From Podarcis pityusensis (lineage: Eukaryota): 64,000 bases of DNA. Under the pieces are notes generated by a model. It saw nothing but the letters and a program-made list of their open reading frames with translations, was not told where the DNA came from and searched no databases. The position numbers and the translations under genes are program-made. Positions within the stretch are counted from its first letter, which is position 1; each line of letters begins with the position of its first letter. The stretch lies in NCBI GenBank assembly GCA_964106645.2, contig OZ067044.1, one strand, 5' to 3'. This document shows positions 37,844 to 51,763 of the stretch, in pieces.

Positions 37844-38085
37844 CAGTGGTACCTCAGGTTAAGAACTTAATTCGTTCTGGAGGTCCGTTCTTAACCTGAA
37901 ATTGTTCTTAACCTGAGGTACCACTTTAGCTAATGGGGCCTCCCGCTGCTGCTGCACCACCGGAGCATGATTTCTGTTCTCATTCTGAAGCAAAGTTCTT
38001 AACCCGAGGTACTATTTCTGGGTTAGCGGAGTCTGTAACCTGAAGCATCTGTAACCTGAAGCGTCTGTAACCCGAGGTACGACTG
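37844..38085. mobile_element. Tc1/mariner-type MITE
   Basis: CAGTGGTACCTC TIRs, TA TSD. Confidence 0.9.
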
Positions 38086-38303
38086 TATAATGCATGCAGT
38101 ACAAGGGTTAAGTCCACATGTCAATTTGATCTGCATGTGTTTGTCAACACACATCAGACACATCATCATCATCATCATTCCACCTTTTTCTCTGACAGGA
38201 ACTCAAAGCAACTTACAAAAGCAGCTTACAGGTAAAAACAAGAATTGCTAAAACACAGGAAAAACAATAATTAAAAAACAAGTAAACATTAATAGAATTA
38301 AAA

Positions 38304-38307
<4 letters not shown>

Positions 38308-38350
<43 letters not shown>
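38308..38350. repeat. (CA)n microsatellite
   Basis: Direct reading. Confidence 0.95.
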
Positions 38351-38351
<1 letters not shown>

Positions 38352-41300
38352 CATTACACCAGCCGTTTCATTAAAAGCAGTCAGTTTCCAAAGCCGGTTG
38401 GAACAAGAAAGTCTTCACCTGCCAGCAGAAAGACAAGGAGGGATGGAGCCAGTCTAGCTTCTCTAGGGAGTCACTTTCCTGCGTCCACACCACTAATGGA
38501 GGCAGGATTAGCTGTGGGCTCCTGTTGATTGTATTTTAGGAGGCAAATCTGGATTTGTTGCCATGTAATATGTGAGAGCCATTAATTGATATTTTTCCTT
38601 TAATCTGCTCATGTCACATGCTGCCATTGCTCATGATATGAAAATAAGGGTGGCATTCAACTGAATAATTGTGTGAGCAGAATGACTTCTGTTCATGCAG
38701 TAGGAGTCTCCCTACCTCTCCTTCCCCACCATGTGCCTCAACACCCTCCCCAAATCTGGTCCAGATGGTTGGGGGGACGGACCCAGAACAGATTTATGGG
38801 CTGCACAAGAGAGGAGAGGAGAATGCTTTGCTGTGCAATGTGAAATCCTTACACTGACAGAATGCAATCCTGAAAGTTCTAGATCGCCATACATAATTGT
38901 AAAAACTTACTATTATTTTTTGCACTTTTAGACCACTCTTCATGCCATAGAATCCTGTTATTTGTAGAGGTGGTCCAAGTTTGGGGGGGGGGGCAAGAGA
39001 CTTGCTGGGTCAACCTCCAAGGCCACAGACCAGCGGAACTACATTCCACTCCCTCATTTTCAAAGCTACTGTTCTTAAACAGTATCTCAGGTGGATATGG
39101 TTACGGATCACCCCTCCTGTCAGGAGAAGCAAATGACAGCAGTAGAGGGAGCACTGTGGCTTTGTTGTGTTCCTTTAGCCTGACCAAGACAGGTAATCTT
39201 GAATTGGGCTTCCTCCCTGTGTTCCTCTGGAGCAATATCATAGTTACAATTGGAAGTTAGATGCCTGAGAGAGAAGCAGCACTTTTGGGGATGCTTCTTC
39301 CAAGGCAGGTAGAAAACCCATCACCAGACAACAGCTTCCACAGTGCTTGCCAGTCTATGGCCTTGCCAGATGCCCAACTGTGCCAGCAATGTCTGTTTGC
39401 TATTACCTCCTCCATTTTATTTTCTACTGGATAAGTTTATATAATGTTAAAAATCCAATGCATAGCTTTAATAAAAAAAATAAAACCTATGCCAACCTCT
39501 GATGCTGGGTCTTGCAAGTTAATATTTTTGTATCTACTTCTTCTGTGGGGGGGGGGCGATACATTTTTGTTTAGACAAGCCTATCTGGATGTGTAGAATG
39601 TGAATATATGCTTTAATCGGTTTTTAGTTTATTGTTTATCTTATGTCTTGAATGATTCAAAGAGTTGTTTTATGGTTTTCTACTTTTCTACTCACAGTTT
39701 TATTGTGTGTGGTTTTTTTCTTTTTGTAAACTGCTTTGGGGTTTTCTTAAGAATTAAGCAGTATATAAATGTTATGAAATAAAGTAAAATAAATAAGGAA
39801 GGAACACACAGCCTTTCCTTCATAATTGCCTCATCATCTTTTTCCCTTCCTTATTCTCAAGTTTGGAAGGAGTGGAGGCTATTTTTTGCTTTTATGTACA
39901 AATAGTTGTATGTGTGCTTGTCTGACCCTCTTTCCATGTTCTTTATTGCTGAAAGAGAAGTATTTTACTGAAATTCAAATTTTAGGAAAGTATTAATAGA
40001 CCTGGAACAGTTTTTCAATAGACTTTAGACTGTTTGAGATCATGGATGTTGTGAAGGATTGAAACTCTTCAGCCATTTTGTGTTTTATTGTTGAATGTAA
40101 AACTACTGCTCTCAGTTTAGAGGTTATTCTTGTGGGATGGTAAAAAACTCAGCCCAGGAAACAAACTTAAAATGGGAAAGAAATATACAAACTTCAGGAA
40201 GAAAAAAGAAGCCTAAATATTATTGGGCAACAGAAACAAAACTCTACCGCACTGTCCAAGATGGTGGCCAGGGCGAGGTGACATCATGCATGTAAGTAAA
40301 GCTGGCAAATAGGAATACAGTTGGCATTAAAGTCAGAAGAAAGAGATGAAATCAGAAGAAAGGAGCCAGGATTGAGAGCACTGTAGAGAACAAACTTGAT
40401 AATACTGAACTGAAAAGCCTGGAGGCTCGTTTCCTCCAGACAATGATGAGCTGAAACTGCTTAGGGCTGGCTCTTTACACATCAAAAAAGCATTTCAGGA
40501 AAACAGGCTGTAAACTTTATAATGGGAATTCATGTTGGTGAAAGACTTAATTCCACAGTGCCATGTGGTGACCAAGATAACTGCAGTCATCTGACCTGGC
40601 TGGCCAATGGCTCCTCCTAGGCAAGGAGAAGTATAAAGGACTCCCTTTTGCAGCTGAGTCTTTCTTCTGCCACAAGGTCTGCTTGAACTATAGGATGCTA
40701 CTGTGGAGTGCCCGGTGCTGACTGGGTATTTAAAGAAAAGTGATTTTTTAAACAGATAGTGTACTTTGTGAGTTTGGGGGATGTGTGTGTGTGCACACAG
40801 GACTCTGACCTGATCTGGGCAACAACTCCCCTGGCCCCAAATAAATATTTTTTTGGGAGGAAGCTAGTGTTTAAATAGGGTTAATTTGGTCCACAATCTT
40901 GATTCAAAATGCTGCCCAACATCCAAACATTGTCCAAGACTGCTGCCTCCACCTTGAGAACCCTCATGTCGAGTTTAGTGACAACTCAAAAGACAGTTGA
41001 ACCCATGCCAAAAAACGTGTGAAGTCGCACCGAAGTGACATTTTGGTCAGCCATCTTGATTCAAAGTGGTGCACGGTGTTCAAACATCAATGAAGTCCGC
41101 TTTCCCACCTTAGGAGCCCTCATGCCAAGTTTGACAATGATATCTTGAAAGGCATCCAACTCTTTGAGAACAAATGGACAAACAGACAAATCACTTTCCA
41201 AAATATGTCTAGGACACCTTGCGTTTCTTGTCTTCCTCTTTGGTCCTGACTCTTGGCTTGTTCTTCAGTCTGGTTTGCCTTCTGATTCTGATCGCTGTAT

Positions 41301-41479
41301 GATCATGCCTTCCAATTTGTTCTTCAGTCTTGGCTTCTAATCCTGAATTAGTCTTGGCTCTTGGTTTGTTTTCTGACCCTGCTTCCTGATTACTCGCAAA
41401 TCCTGAATGCTCTTTGGTCCTAGTTCCTGGCTGTCCTGAAACTGCTGTCTATAGCCCAGCTATGGTTAATATAATTCAT

Positions 41480-42160
41480 TTATCACAAATATCCAAAACA
41501 TCTGTTTTATTGAATTTTCTCAGTGCTGAAATAGCATTTGACAGTGTGGAAAATGTTGTAATGTACAAAGTAATAAAAACATTAGGCTTTTGCCTCACTG
41601 TGTGAACATCGATTGAGTTGATTCACTATGCAGTGAAAAAATATTTGTTGACACACAGCAATGAAAACTGTATTTCCTGAATGAGGAATAAGACAAGATT
41701 GTTTTCTTTCATCTTTCCTATTTAATTTTTGTATAGAGCTCTTCCCGATCACTGGTACAGCTTAAAGTTAGCCATGGGATTGATTGGATTATTAGAGTAT
41801 ATGTTTCAAATTGCACTTTAGGTGGATAATATATTTCTGGTACACTTAAAAAAAGAAATTGAAATGCAAATATTCAGAGTTGGTAGCTGCATTTGGAAAC
41901 ACAGTGAGGGTGTAAATTCAGGTGAATGGAGAAGGTAGTGGTGTTTAAAAAATAATCTGTATCCCTTGGCCTATCAACAGAGCTCCAAAACACCACTCAT
42001 ATTTACAAAGATATTCATTGCTACAGATGCTCTCCAATGCAATCTTTTAAATATCACATCCAAATCAGTCAAAAGCCTTTTCGTATCTAGAAATATCCAA
42101 GCTCTCGCTATAAAATTGTTTGGTAATATAATCCAATTGCATATGATTGTATTCAATGCA
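41480..42160 (+). mobile_element. Old L1 RT fragment
   Basis: SAEIAFDSVE ~ DAEKAFDRVE, IRQDC ~ TRQGC, VDNI ~ ADDI, in the correct order. Confidence 0.55.
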
Positions 42161-44913
42161 GGGGTGGAACAGACTTCTGGGTGAACAGAGCTTCTCTTTC
42201 ACTCCTGTACCCTCCAGCTCCCCACCACCACACACCCTCAAAATCAGCTCTGGAGAGTTGGAGGACCCTCCAGATTTCAAGGGTTCATAGGAGGGAGGAG
42301 AGGAAATGTAGGTCTTGTTCCACCAACAGAACTATGTGTGTGGAGCATTAGATGCAACCCATGGCTTTCATTTTCTCTGAAAGCTTTTTTAATTAGGAAA
42401 AAAGCCTGCTTTGTTATCAAATATATTGATAAACAATATTTTATTAATGGCAGGATTTTTATCCATTTTCCTTTGATGTAATAAATAATGCTTTATGGCT
42501 GACTTAAGAGAACACCTGCCATGATTATTTCAATGATATTTACGAAGAGAGAGACAGAGAGAGAGAGAAAATCTATGTTGCACTGGAGGCATGACAAACA
42601 TGGCCTGGCAGAAAATTTGATTCTTAATTTCAGACAATAACAATGCAGAATTGAACCATTTACCAGCTACAGACAATTTGCTTAAACCAATCATCATCAA
42701 CCATTTGAGACCCAGCATCCACCTTTAATTGTACCACACAGAACATTACCCACTTATTATTTTTAATTGCCTATATAATTAATCATTATTAGAATGCTGA
42801 CATAAAACTTTTCCATTTTGTGAACTACTTGTGTTAATTTAAAATAAGCAGACTTTCAACAACGCAATTATCAAGGAACAATGGTTGAAAAGACACCACA
42901 CAGATAAAATACTCTCTGCTAAGGTACATCTCCAGCTGTCTTGTGCTGTAGTTATTTATATTTATCTCCTTCTGAAATGGGCTTTCCCAGTGCCGGAAAT
43001 CTTATGATATGCCCTTTTCCTGAAAGTGGAATATCAATATTTACAAACTGAGAGACTTCAGAACGACAAGACTCCACAGAATTTCATTCAACAACCTTCC
43101 CTGCATCCAGTTTCCATCGCCATCTCAGAGCTGAAAGATTCACCCTCTTTTATTCTGATAATTTTTTTTAAAAAGTGTGTAATTCTTAAACTATGAGCTT
43201 ACCTTCCTAAAGGCAGGTGAACCAAGAACAGCTAACAGCTAACCATCACCACCAAAAATGCCAGTCCAATTGTAGCACCGTTCCAGGCCTTCTCATTAGC
43301 TCTCTAAAGGCTGCTTAAGAACAGTTGCATCCTGGCTTCCCCAAACCCTCAAACTACCAAGCACTCACAAAGTAAATGAAAAACAACATGAATTCATGGT
43401 GCATTTCACAATCACACAGGCAATTCACTTCTTTTCTGAGAAATATAATTCAGATCTCATCATGGATTGTGCTGCACAGATAATTGTTTATGCAGCGTAA
43501 CTATTATTTCACCAAAAAGGCAAATATTAAAATTCTGAAAAAAATATTAGATTCACACCATATTTCTACCAAAGTGTGTGTATGTGTACAAGGCAAAACA
43601 CAGCAGCCAGAGCCCTATTTGAAATTTCCTTCTCAGAGCACATTTCTCCAGTTTTATACTATCTGTATTGGTTCCCAGCTAGTTTCTGGGCACCATTAGA
43701 AGTGTTACTTATTTTCTTTGAAGCCCTAGATAGTTTGGTACCAGAATATTAGAGGGACCATCCCATGTCACATGAACCAGCCCGCCCATTGCACTCAACA
43801 TTGGATCCCTTGCCTTACAGAGCAATTGAAACCATACCTGGGAGCAGTGCAACTGAAGACCCACTGCCACACCTGAAGTCCTGCCAGCTGGCAATGGCCA
43901 GGAGAGAAGGTAGGGGATGGTCTTTTCAGTTTCTGCTGCACAAAATCCAGGCTGGTGCTGCTGGAGGGCCTGAAGACTGGGCCCCTCAAGGGCTCTGCAA
44001 GGCTTTTGATCCATCAGATCTGAAGCTTCAGATACCTTATCTCAACCTTGAAATACCCTGCTTCAGGGTTTAATCGGCCAACAACTTCCTGCTCTCTTGG
44101 ATGCAGCACCTCATCCTAACTGCTCCAGTGGCATGGATTGAGGATTAGAATTGCACTCTTAAGAATCTTCTCCCCACACCCCAAGCCAGGCTACATATTT
44201 GAGGATTTTTAGTTGATTAAAAAGGATAATTAAGTGCTGGCATAATTTATTATGCTATAAAGAAAGTTGAGAGGTTCCCCTTCCCCCCATTCTCCCATTA
44301 GGCAGTAAAATCAATTGGCAGGAACACTTTTTTTGCAACAAAGCAAATATTTAAATATGGCATTCACTTAGGTAGCTTTTAGAAAAAGGATTAGACAAGT
44401 TCAAAAGAGATAGATCTATCAAAACTATTAAGCTTGATATCTAAATGAAGACTCTATGTTAAAAAGCAGTATATCTCTGTGATAGGGACAAATAATAAGT
44501 CAGTAGGTCTCCTTTGTGCCCTGCCTATAAGCTTCCCAGATTTAGTTGCTTAGCTGCTTCTAGAAACATAATATTGACCTATATGAACCTAAGGTCTGAT
44601 GCAAGCAGGCAATTTCAATTAAACTGTCTTGGTCATTCTGGTGGACCACCTTTTCCAGCAGAGGGACAATAGAAGTGCAACTCATGATTCTCCTGAACCT
44701 TCAGAAATTTTTAAACAACTGGCCATGTTATCCTTCTGGAATACCTCTCCTGGATGAGAATGGGAGACCAGAAAACACACTGATACTTTTAATTATGTGT
44801 GAACTCATTCTCTACAGTAAGTCTCCAGCTGGATATTTCTTTTGTATGTAGATGCTGACTTAGTAAAACAATATAGAAAAATTAAAGAAGGAAAGCCATC
44901 TCCTGAGACTTAC

Positions 44914-47289
44914 CTGTCCAGATGAGGTTGGAGTCATTTCCTTCCCAGTCCCAAGCTCTCCATTCTCCATAAAGGCAGGGATATTGGGTGTAAAAACCAT
45001 GAGGTCATTCTTGGCACCAGGCTCCCCAGTTGCAGCTGCCAGGATATGGCTGTGGCGATTTGAATAGGACCAGCTGCCCACTTCACTGGCACAAACCAGT
45101 GTGGCTGTGCCAGGGCCATACATCACGGGCTCCTTGGGTTGACACTGGCATCGCAGAGCCATATACACAATGATTGCCAGCAGAAACAATGTGGAAACTG
45201 AGCAGATAGCAATGATCAGGTAGACATTTTTGTTCTCTTCAAGCGGCTTTGAGCTCCCTCCTGCTCTAGAATGGTAGCCATCTGTGTGGATGGCCTGAGC
45301 ACTGACCACCAGTGACACACTCAGGGTGGCTGTGGTTGACAGCATTGGCTTGCCATGATCCTTCACCAGTACCAGCAGATTCTGGCTCCCAGCATCACCC
45401 TCCATCTCATTCAAAACACGGGTGGTGCTGATCTCCCCACTATATAGGCCCACCCGCCAAGGACCGCTCGTTGACTCATGCAGCTCATAGTGAAGCCATG
45501 CATTGTAGCCTGAGTCAGCATCCAGGGCACGGATCTTGCCTACCATCTGTCCAGCAACCAAAGGGATCACCAGCAAGATGGGAGTGTTCTCTGGCCCAGA
45601 TACTGTTGGGGCGTTATCATTTTCATCCACCACAAAGACCTGCACCATCACATTGCTGTGCAAGGAGGGCAATCCGGCGTCCTTTGCACTCACTTTGAAC
45701 TCCAGCAGCTTCAGTTCCTCATAATCCAAGGGCTGCAAAGCATAGACATTCCCACTTTCTGAGTGTACCGAGATGTAGCTTGACAGTGGCCAGAGGTTCT
45801 CATCTATCCAGTAGGTGACCAGAGCATTCTCAGCTATATCTGGATCTGAGGCAGACACCGTAAAGATGTGGGCACCAGGTGGGTTGTTCTCTTTCACAAA
45901 AACTGTGTAGGAAGTCTGAGTAAAAGCAGGTGCATTGTCGTTCACATCACCAATGGGCACAACCAGGGTGCTGCTGGCTGACAGGGATGGATCCCCTTGA
46001 TCTCTTGCTGTTACAACTAGTTTGTATTCTGCAACCTGTTCTCGATCCAGAGGTTCATTTAGCACCAGTGAGTAGTAATTCTTGAAAGTGGATACCAGCT
46101 TGAAGGGGAGCCCAGGAGGCCACAGAGAGCAGTTTACTTGTCCATTAGTGCCAGCGTCCTTGTCTGAGGCACTGATTAGGGCCACCACTGACTCCAGTGG
46201 GGAGTCCTCTGACACAGGTACTGATAGCGATGTCACTGATACTTCCGGGATGTTGTCATTTACATCCATTATTTCTATGATGACATTGCAGTGCCCTGAG
46301 AGAGGAGGGGTTCCTTTGTCTTTCGCCTCAATTTCAATATCATACAGATTGATATCTTCGTAATCCACTTTTCCTTTTACCCTAATCTCACCTGTAACTG
46401 AATCTATACTGAATGTCTTTTTTACATTGGGAGAAACATGCTTACTGAAATAGTAGGTGATTTCCTTGTTACTTCCTTCATCTAAGTCTGTTGCATTGAG
46501 ATGAATAACCAACGTTCCATCTGCCACATTTTCTAACAGTTTCACCTTATAAACAGATTGATTAAATACAGGTGCATTGTCATTTGCATCAATCACAGTG
46601 ATCTCAAGATGCACTGTGCTTGTGAGTTCTGGTTGACCCCCATCAGTAGCTGTTAGCACTAAACGATGCACAGGGATTTTTTCTCTGTCCACAGGTTTCT
46701 TTAACACAAGCACTAATGATTTACTGTGCTTGTCGTTGATTTTCTCTTCAACAACAAAATATTCTGTGGAGTTGAGCTTGTACTTCAGTTGAGCATTAGC
46801 ACCAACATCTGCATCTGAGGCTCCCTCTAGAGGGAAATGAGCACCTGGCAGTGTTGACTCTGCGACACTCAAAATCTCCTCGCCCTCCGAGAAAACAGGA
46901 GCATTGTCATTTATATCCCTGATCTCCACTTCCACATGAAAAACCCGCAGGGGCTTATCCAGGATCACCTCCAAGTGAATGGTGCACACAGGATTCTTGC
47001 TGCAAAGCTCCTCCCTGTCTATCCGGGAACTAACAAACAAGATCCCATTTTGCACATTTACCTCTAAATAATCCTTGTGGTCTTTGGAAACCATCCGGAA
47101 CATCCGAGGCATGAGCTCTCCCACCTCCAGCCCCAGATCCTGAGTGATGCGGCCCACAAAGGTGCCATGCTGGGATTCCTCTGGCACAGAATAATGGAGC
47201 TGGCCGCTCCCCATCAACCAGGCTTTGTGGAACACAATCAGCTGCAGCAGCTTCACTGTCACCTGGAAATCTCTTTGCAGAAAAGGCAT
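44914..47289 (-). CDS. PCDHA: Protocadherin alpha alternate variable exon, 792 codons
   Basis: ORF 44860-47289. Six EC repeats, TM, VCD, donor CAG|GTAAGT at 44914/44913. Confidence 0.96.
46820..46833 (-). promoter_or_regulatory. Exonic CTCF site (eCBS)
   Basis: CCTCTAGAGGGAGC in the PLEGA codons. Confidence 0.75.
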
Positions 47290-47487
47290 AGCAAATGCAA
47301 GTACTGATCTGATCTGTTATAAATTACCTGGCTATAACTGAGCAAATGTTGACTGACCTGGATAGAAAGGAGTCAATGCCGGTCCTTTTACACTGAGGAT
47401 CGAAGGTTTTCCAATGTAGGAAGAGGCAGATTTTTTATCTAGTCAGAGGGAGGAGCGTGTCCTTTCAGAAATGGTCTTGTTAGTCAA

Positions 47488-47522
47488 TGGCTCCCCCTTG
47501 TGTTGAAATGTTTTTGGTTGCA
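47488..47522 (-). promoter_or_regulatory. Promoter CSE / pCBS
   Basis: AACACAAGGGGGAGCCA ~200 bp upstream of the ATG, at the same position as in paralogs. Confidence 0.75.
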
Positions 47523-48743
47523 CAGTATTTCTTCTGACTAGTAGAATAAATGTATTCTTCTGCTACATAATGTTAAATGTTTTTAAAAATAGTAATTTTG
47601 GAACTCCAGGTAAACTAGGCTTCTTAAAATAAGAGCAGAAAGATCTTCCACTAAGTATGGGAATTTCAAAATATATAATGGCTTATTCCTTCAGAAGAGT
47701 AACTATTAACCATACAGCTCTTTGTACCGTTTCTATTTTACAGTGCTGGCCCTACTCAGAGTAGACCCATTTAAAGTAATGGACATTGCTAGCTTAGGTA
47801 TAGGAGGCACTGTTTTATAGTGGTTCCATTCCTACCTAGAGTAAAGAGATTGTGCTTCAGCTCAATGGTAGAGTTACTTTCATTTTCAGGAGCAAGTTCA
47901 AGTTTTTTAAACAAGCTTGCCTTGCTTTTAAACCTTTGGAGTCCTGTGATACTGTGCTATTAAGCCTTTGAAGCCAGCTCTTTCTCTTAATTTAGATTAT
48001 CCATGCATGTTTTGTTATTTTATAAAAGTTCCCCCAACTGAAAACCCTCTCAGATTTGGATTTAAAATCTTAAATTTCAGATTTAGAAGTCATAGAGGAA
48101 AAATTAGGGAAGGGAAGCTGTTCCTTGGGAGACCACTCTAGTCAAGAGACACTATAGTTTAGGGAGAAAGTATTCTTACTTCATGTCACCTTTCACAAAT
48201 ACTAAAACAGATCAAAAACTGTGGTGATGTGATAAGGCTCCCAACACACATTGGAATTTGCTCCGGGGGGGAAATTATTACCCTCTTTTTTTAATACAGG
48301 TGACAAAATAAATATGCAGTAGAAAACCTTACCACATGGAGATGTGGTTGTCTTTAGTAGGCAAACATAAGAGATTATTTGTATACAATTGTCTAGAAAT
48401 CACATTCAATGGAATTTCCAAGTTGTCTTTCAAAAAAGTAATAATCACTTCTTCACAGAACCAATTCTTGACCGCATTCATTCAGAGTGGCAGTTGAACA
48501 ATGGAGATATTGTGCATACCTATTAACTCAAACCCAGGTACTGGGACTGGGGCAGGCCTCCTTAAGTACCCTGGGAGTAGAGCGGAGGGAAGTCTACGTG
48601 CTCCATCAGGCCCACCCCCAAGGGGGACCTTGCCTCCAAGTCTTCCTGCCATTGGTCAATTTTGCAGGGCAAGCTTAGATCTGAAATCCTAGGCGCTCAT
48701 CAGGGCAGTCCCCAGCAGCCTGAGCCCTGTTGGATCCCAGTGA

Positions 48744-48990
48744 GATGGACCTTGAGCTTGTTTGGAGGTTATAGCAGGGGAGTGTAGCTATCATATACCC
48801 TTGACCAAAAAATGGTACACTCCTTCTATCTGGGATTGTCATCCTCTTCCACCGAGCGTGCAGCTTCAGGAGGGACACACATGGAGTGGTGAGGGAGGAA
48901 GGGGAAACGCACCTAGCCAGCCAGATCAACCGAATCAACCCTGGTGATCAATGGGGTGACAGATGTCGCAGCCAGATCGCCCTCACATCC
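48744..48990 (-). pseudogene. RN7SK: 7SK snRNA retropseudogene, 3'-truncated and tailless
   Basis: The minus strand begins GGATGTGAGGGCGATCTGGCTGCGACATCTGTCACCCCATTGATC (the 7SK 5' end) and runs to AACCTCCAAACAAGCTCAAGGTCCAT; 12-bp TSD ggatcccagtga at 48732-48743 and 48991-49002; CpG decay. Confidence 0.93.
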
Positions 48991-49512
48991 GGATCCCAGT
49001 GAAATGAGACATCACCAGCCCACAATGCCTCCATACCAAAAGAGTAAGTAGACTTAGGGGAAAAATAGCATTGTCCCTTGCCATTGGTTACTGGCTTCAT
49101 GTGCAGTTATCCTCAACAGATGTGGGCTACCTGTCTCTGGCTTTGCTTGAAGATTATGCTTGCTCTTGGCTGAAATTTGTTAACGACTAAGTTAACAGCT
49201 CTCACTATTTTCTACACCATCTTCTGCCACTTGGGTTAGAAAAAACTGGCTGTACCACTTCTAGGGCTTTGTTTATCAACTCTACCAAATGGGGTTGGCT
49301 CACCACTGCACTGTACCTTGGTCTACAACATAGTGGTGATTATCAGCCTGCTAGGCATATAGCAACATTAACTAAAGAGTGGCTAGTTCAATGCTTTGCC
49401 ATCAGCAGTTATGGAAGGTGAATTCACAAGGCTGCCTTGGCAATCTTGCCCTTGTGAAAGCAGCTCAGATGAAATAGTAGCCAATGTTCTGTTATATTAT
49501 AATGTTCATAGG

Positions 49513-49556
49513 GTTTGTTTGTTTGTTTGTTTGTTTGTTTGTTTGTTTGTTTGTTT
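49513..49556. repeat. (GTTT)n microsatellite
   Basis: Direct reading. Confidence 0.95.
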
Positions 49557-50739
49557 TTATATACCACCCTTCATCGTAAGATCTCAGGGCAGTTCACAGA
49601 ATAAATATCACAGTTTATCTTCAGGTACTTTCTCTACACTTGGGGAACTCAGGTGAATTCCATGTTTCAGTTTTAATGGCAGATTCCAACCCTATGGTCA
49701 CAGGAAGTATAGCCAAGTTCCTTGCTGTAGCCATCAAACCAGGTCACAATTATTAAAAGGAACCCGAGTTTCAAGTCAAAGTGCTTTGTGTTGTTCCAAA
49801 TTGCTTGCTAGTATATTGTCCTTTTTTCACTCTGCTATGTCTATCCTAGCAACCTTGGTAAATACAATAGACTGTATCTGATGTGTTTTGGTCTATAGAC
49901 CAAATAAACTGAAACTGTTGTTGAACTATTCATTCCACGGGCATTTAAACAATGTTGGTATAAATAATCTTAGAAAGAAATCACTATAAAGAAATAAAAG
50001 CAAAGAATCTTCCTACAACTAAGATAATTTGATCTAAGCGCTATGCAGATTTCAATCTGTGTACGATGAATATGGATTGAAGAGAACAGGATTGTAGTGT
50101 CATTGTGGCAAGCCACACCACTGATCACCAAGCCCTCTGTGTCATGTCTGCACATGCTGTACAAAACTGTACATGGTGTCTGTGTGCAACTAGCAACTTT
50201 TTTGGCGGGGAGCAAACAAGCCTGCATGTCTATACTTTGCACAAGGTCTTCCCTTTATGTGAGTTGTCTATATATAGTTGGATGTCTTAATAGCCTCGAG
50301 TTGTCTGCCCAGAAGCAGGGATGTTTCTTGAAAGCTTCATTTGAAATGGATTCCATAATCTGTCCAGGCAATCTAACAAAATAAGATTAAATTTTGTTTC
50401 ACGTATGACAACCATAAGCAGTTTCTTCCTTCTCGTTTACATATGATTTCCTTCAAGACTTTTCATACTCCTGCTTGTTGTCCTCTAGAACATTCGAAAT
50501 TTGGTGCGATCCTTATCCAATTCTGATACAAATAACTGAACCCCAGCCTCCCATTAATCAAGGCACTGCTTTTGACTCGGTTTGTGGTTTACTGTGAAGC
50601 ATTTCCACTTTTGTGATCATTGCTACAATCCTATGCATTCTTACTTAGAAGTAAACTATTAATTTCTAGAACTAATGCATTGGCAATAAATGTTGTAAAT
50701 AAGGCATCATATTAAGAATTCTGGTGCTCTTGGATGGAA

Positions 50740-51760
50740 CTATCTTGGCCCGTTCCAGTCTGGGTTCAGGCTTGATTTGGGGACAGAATCAGTCATGGTT
50801 GCCCTAAGAGATTACCTCCTTTGGGAAAAGGACAAAGAAATAGGACTCTGTGGATTCTCCTGGATCTCTCCATGGCTTTTGATACCATGGACCATAGTGT
50901 CCTCCTGGACCACCTCCATGTTTTGAGGACTGAATGCACTGTTTAATGGTGATGCCACTTCTACTTGTGGGGCCAGTTCCAGAATCATATTGGGTGACTG
51001 TGCCTCAGCCCCATGGCAGTTGATCTGTGGAATCCCACAGGACACAATTTCTTCCCCAATGCTATTTAATAGCTATATGAAACCAATGGGGATAGTCATT
51101 AGGAGATTTGGAGCCAGTATGCTGATGAGACACAACTCTGTGACAGCTGAAGTTGGAAGTTGTGTGTGTCCTAAACAGATCCCTGGATGCACTTACGGAT
51201 TGAATGAAGACTAATAAACTGTGACTGAATCCTGACAAGATGGAGATCCTATGGATTGGTGGTTTCCAGGTCTGAGAATTGGGTTGTGTACCACCTATGT
51301 ATGGGATTTCACTCCCCTAAAGGCAGCAAGTACATAGTTAGAGGTGTTCTAGATCCACCACTATAACTGGAGGCCCAGTTGGCCTCAGATCATCCATTAA
51401 CAACTTAGCTGGTATAGCTTTGCTACAGTGGCCCATACATCTAATATCATTATTAGATAACTGTATTGTACTACACGTGGAGCTACTCTTGTGCCTGATT
51501 TGGAAGGCACAGCTATTTCAAAATGAAGCTTCTTGGGTGCTTTGTGGAACACCTAACTTTAAAAATATTTCACCAATGCTGAAATATCTCAGCTAGCTGC
51601 CTATTAACTCCTGAGCCAAGTTCAAGGTTTTTCTGCTGACATTTACCGCTCTAAATAACTTTGAACAAAGTCGCCTTTCAGGCCACCTCCCCAAGTACAG
51701 CCCAAGTCAATCTAAGATCTCCTGATCAGTGAATAGTCACTTGGTGACAATGCAGAAGAT
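50740..51760 (+). mobile_element. Degenerate L2-type LINE (RT to 3' end)
   Basis: LDLSMAFDTMDH, CGIPQDTISSPMLFNSYMKP and LNPDKMEIL motifs; continues briefly after the LTR. Confidence 0.75.
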
Positions 51761-51763
51761 GGC

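Noticed and set aside
48744-48990. Functional 7SK gene
   Set aside because: Lacks the 3' ~85 nt and the oligo-T terminator, has TSDs and shows CpG-decay substitutions.
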